Assembly (NCBI GenBank): GCA_014905635.1
Contig: JABVCE010000012.1
Location: forward strand, 62,001-126,000
DNA length: 64,000 nucleotides
From: Scenedesmus sp. PABB004
Taxonomy: Eukaryota
Reading direction: 5' to 3'
Every line of letters begins with the position of its first letter. Position 1 is the first letter of the stretch. The position numbers were made by a program, and so were the translations under genes. The notes below the pieces were generated by a model. The model was not told the DNA's origin. It saw nothing but the letters and a program-made list of their open reading frames with translations, and searched no databases. This document shows, piece after piece, positions 62,029 to 64,000 of the stretch.

Positions 62029-63043
62029 CTACTCATCATCTGAGTCCCAGTCAGCGCCATCGTCCGCCGCCGCGGGCTGCTCCTGGATCCACGCGACCAC
62101 GGCCTCGTGGCCCTCGCGTGTCGCCCCGCGCTCGCACATTGTGCGCCACCACGGGCAGCCGTTGGTGCGCAGCCAGCACAGCGCCTCGAGCTGCCCGTTC
62201 CAAGCCGCCAGGTAGCACGTGTGATCGTCCCACGGCGCGGGCTCGGCCTGGGCGCGCGCCCAGCGCAGCATCTCCACGTCGCCGCGCCGCGCAGCAAAGC
62301 GGCACACCCAGTCGCCCCAAGGCAGCGGCGGCGCCTGCGCGCGCGCCCAGCGCAGCACCGCCAGCTGCCCGCCCTCGGCTGCTCCCTCGCACACGTCCCG
62401 CAGGTCCAGCCCCTGGTCGCGCGCCCACTCCGGCACGGCAAGCTGGGCATGGCGCGCTGCTTTAAGGCCCACGCCCGGGTCCATGGCGCAGCCGGCGCCG
62501 CGCAGCCAGGCCAGCCCCGCCACGTCGCCGCACGCCGCACGCGCCCCGGCCAGCTGTTGCTGCTGAACCTGCTGCTCCCACCCGTCACCCTGCACCGACC
62601 GCCAGGCATCCTGCACCGCCGCCAGCGGCAGCTCGGGGCAGCGCAGCGAGACACGCCTGGCGCCGCGGAAGCGCTCGCGCGCCGCCTTGCAGACCAGCTT
62701 GGCGGTCCACGCCTGCAGGGACGGCGGCAGGAAGCTCAGGACGTGGAGCACGAGGGGCTCGGGCAGGTCTGGCTGCGGGCTGAGGGCGGCGCGGTGGGGC
62801 GATGGCGGGCGCGCGCGTGCAGAGGTCGGCGGTGAGGCGGCGCACGGCGCCTGCTGCGCCTGGCTGTGGCTGGGTGCTCAGTGCCCGCATAGCCAGGCAG
62901 CCCCACACAGGGGGGCACCAGCAGCAGCCGCGCGCCCACCTCGCCGCCGCCTCTGCACTGCCGGGCGCCTCGCCCGCCGCAGCTGCCGCCCGCGCGCGCG
63001 TGGTCGGTCCGGCGCGCCGCTTGCCCGCCGGCGCAGCAGACAT
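62029..63043 (-). CDS. F-box-like/ankyrin-like repeat protein, copy E (2 exons, intact)
   Basis: Exon 1 MSAAPAGKRRAGPTTRAR; exon 2 PDLPEPLVLHVLSFLPPSLQAWTAKLVCK...; acidic tail DWDSDDE. Confidence 0.8.
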
Positions 63044-63710
63044 GGCGGGTGCTGGGGCCCTGCGGGCCAGCAGGGAGCAGCAGGCGGCGCCGGCAGCGGG
63101 CGTGAGCGCTCGGGCGGCGTGAGCGCAGCAGCAGCAGCAGAGCGCGGCGCCCGCCTCGGCGCCCAGGCGCGGCGGCGCGGCGGCGGGCCTGCCAGCGGCG
63201 CTCGAGGCGCGCAGGACCGGCAGTCCATGCCACACGCCCGCCCGCCGCGCACCCCCGCAGCCCCCGCCGCCCGCAGCGGGTGCCGTGCAGCGCGGCCAGC
63301 CGCTGCCTGCTCACCGCCTGCCCGCGCGCGCGGCTCGCCTGGCGCTGCACTGGACGGGTCAGCCCGGCCGTCAGGCGCCCGGCGCGCGTCGCCCCGCCTG
63401 GCCAGGGGCGCGCCGCGGGCGCGGGCGGGCGCTGGGCGGCGGCGGCGCGTGTGCGTGCGGGGCTGTGGGCCGCGGCCGGCGCTCGTGCGTGTGTGTGTGG
63501 CAGAGAGGCGCTGAGGGCGGCGGCTGTGTTGGGCGGCGGGCCGGCGCGCGCGGGGCCCTCCTCGGCGGCGGCGCGGGCAGCCGGCCGGGCGGCGCCTGCG
63601 GCCTGGGCCCTGCACCGCCGGCGGCCCGGCCGGGCGCGCCGCGCGGTGCAGCGCGTGCGGTGGATGCGTGTTGCAGCACCCCGCCGCGGCCCCCCCTCTG
63701 CTAGCTCGCC

Positions 63711-63995
63711 TCACACGCCGGCGCCACCGGCCGCCGCGGCCGCCGCCGCGGCCGCGGCCGCGGCCGCTCGCCGCCGCGCGTCGCGCCCGCGCTCGCTGTC
63801 CGTCTTGGCGCACGCCTCGTCGCGCTCGCCCGCGAGGCTGCACGCCGGCACGAAGCAGGGCTGGCCGTAGACGGGGTCGGCCTCGATCGGCGGCGGCGCC
63901 TGGCCAAAGATCATCTCGCAGGACAGGTCCTCAAAGTTGGGGTTCATCGTCAGCGGCATGCCAAAGTCGTTTGTGAAAAAGCTCTGCGTCGGCAC
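63711..63995 (-). CDS. Last exon of a beta-carotene isomerase D27-like (DUF4033) gene running off the right edge
   Basis: VPTQSFFTNDFGMPLTMNPNFEDLSCEMIFGQAPPPIEADPVYGQPC matches the D27-like C-terminus. Confidence 0.8.
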   Translation of the reverse strand: MPTQSFFTNDFGMPLTMNPNFEDLSCEMIFGQAPPPIEADPVYGQPCFVPACSLAGERDEACAKTDSERGRDARRRAAAAAAAAAAAAAGGAGV

Positions 63996-64000
63996 CTGCG

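Noticed and set aside
46075..63620. Endogenous giant-virus insertion explaining the ankyrin-like genes
   Set aside because: No viral hallmark genes; the copies have spliceosomal introns and host-like GC and are interleaved with ordinary host genes. A remote viral ancestry of the domain is not excluded.

Overview
Extremely GC-rich, intron-dense eukaryotic DNA, most consistent with a chlorophyte green alga (inferred from short GT/GC-AG introns, TGTAA poly(A) signals, an LHC-like gene and a fused FO synthase). Most long ORFs in the track are GC artefacts; the real genes were rebuilt by hand-splicing, so exon boundaries are approximate. Genes in order: a partial signal-peptide gene; a 7.6-kb modular secreted Cys-rich gene (one six-Cys module per exon, three DUF11-like domains, GxCC repeats); WDR18/Ipi3; an MFS sugar porter; ecdysoneless/SGT1; an RRM protein; a YqaJ/lambda-exonuclease-like gene; a head-to-head pair of L-gulonolactone-oxidase-like paralogs; a DUF948-like gene; DUF1826 with a duplicated 3' end behind an 11-bp minisatellite; CDC27; TRAP-alpha; FO synthase (CofG-CofH); an LHC-like protein; a small secreted Cys protein; and the 3' end of a D27-like gene. 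The most striking feature is five dispersed ~1.5-1.8-kb cassettes (46-63.6 kb) encoding putative F-box-like + ankyrin-like proteins. Their scaffold is nearly invariant, the same slot in each repeat is hypervariable, ancestry is mosaic between copies, one copy is internally inverted at a short imperfect inverted repeat, and fragments of neighbouring loci have been copied alongside them. This is a candidate diversifying recognition (ubiquitin-targeting or defence) system.
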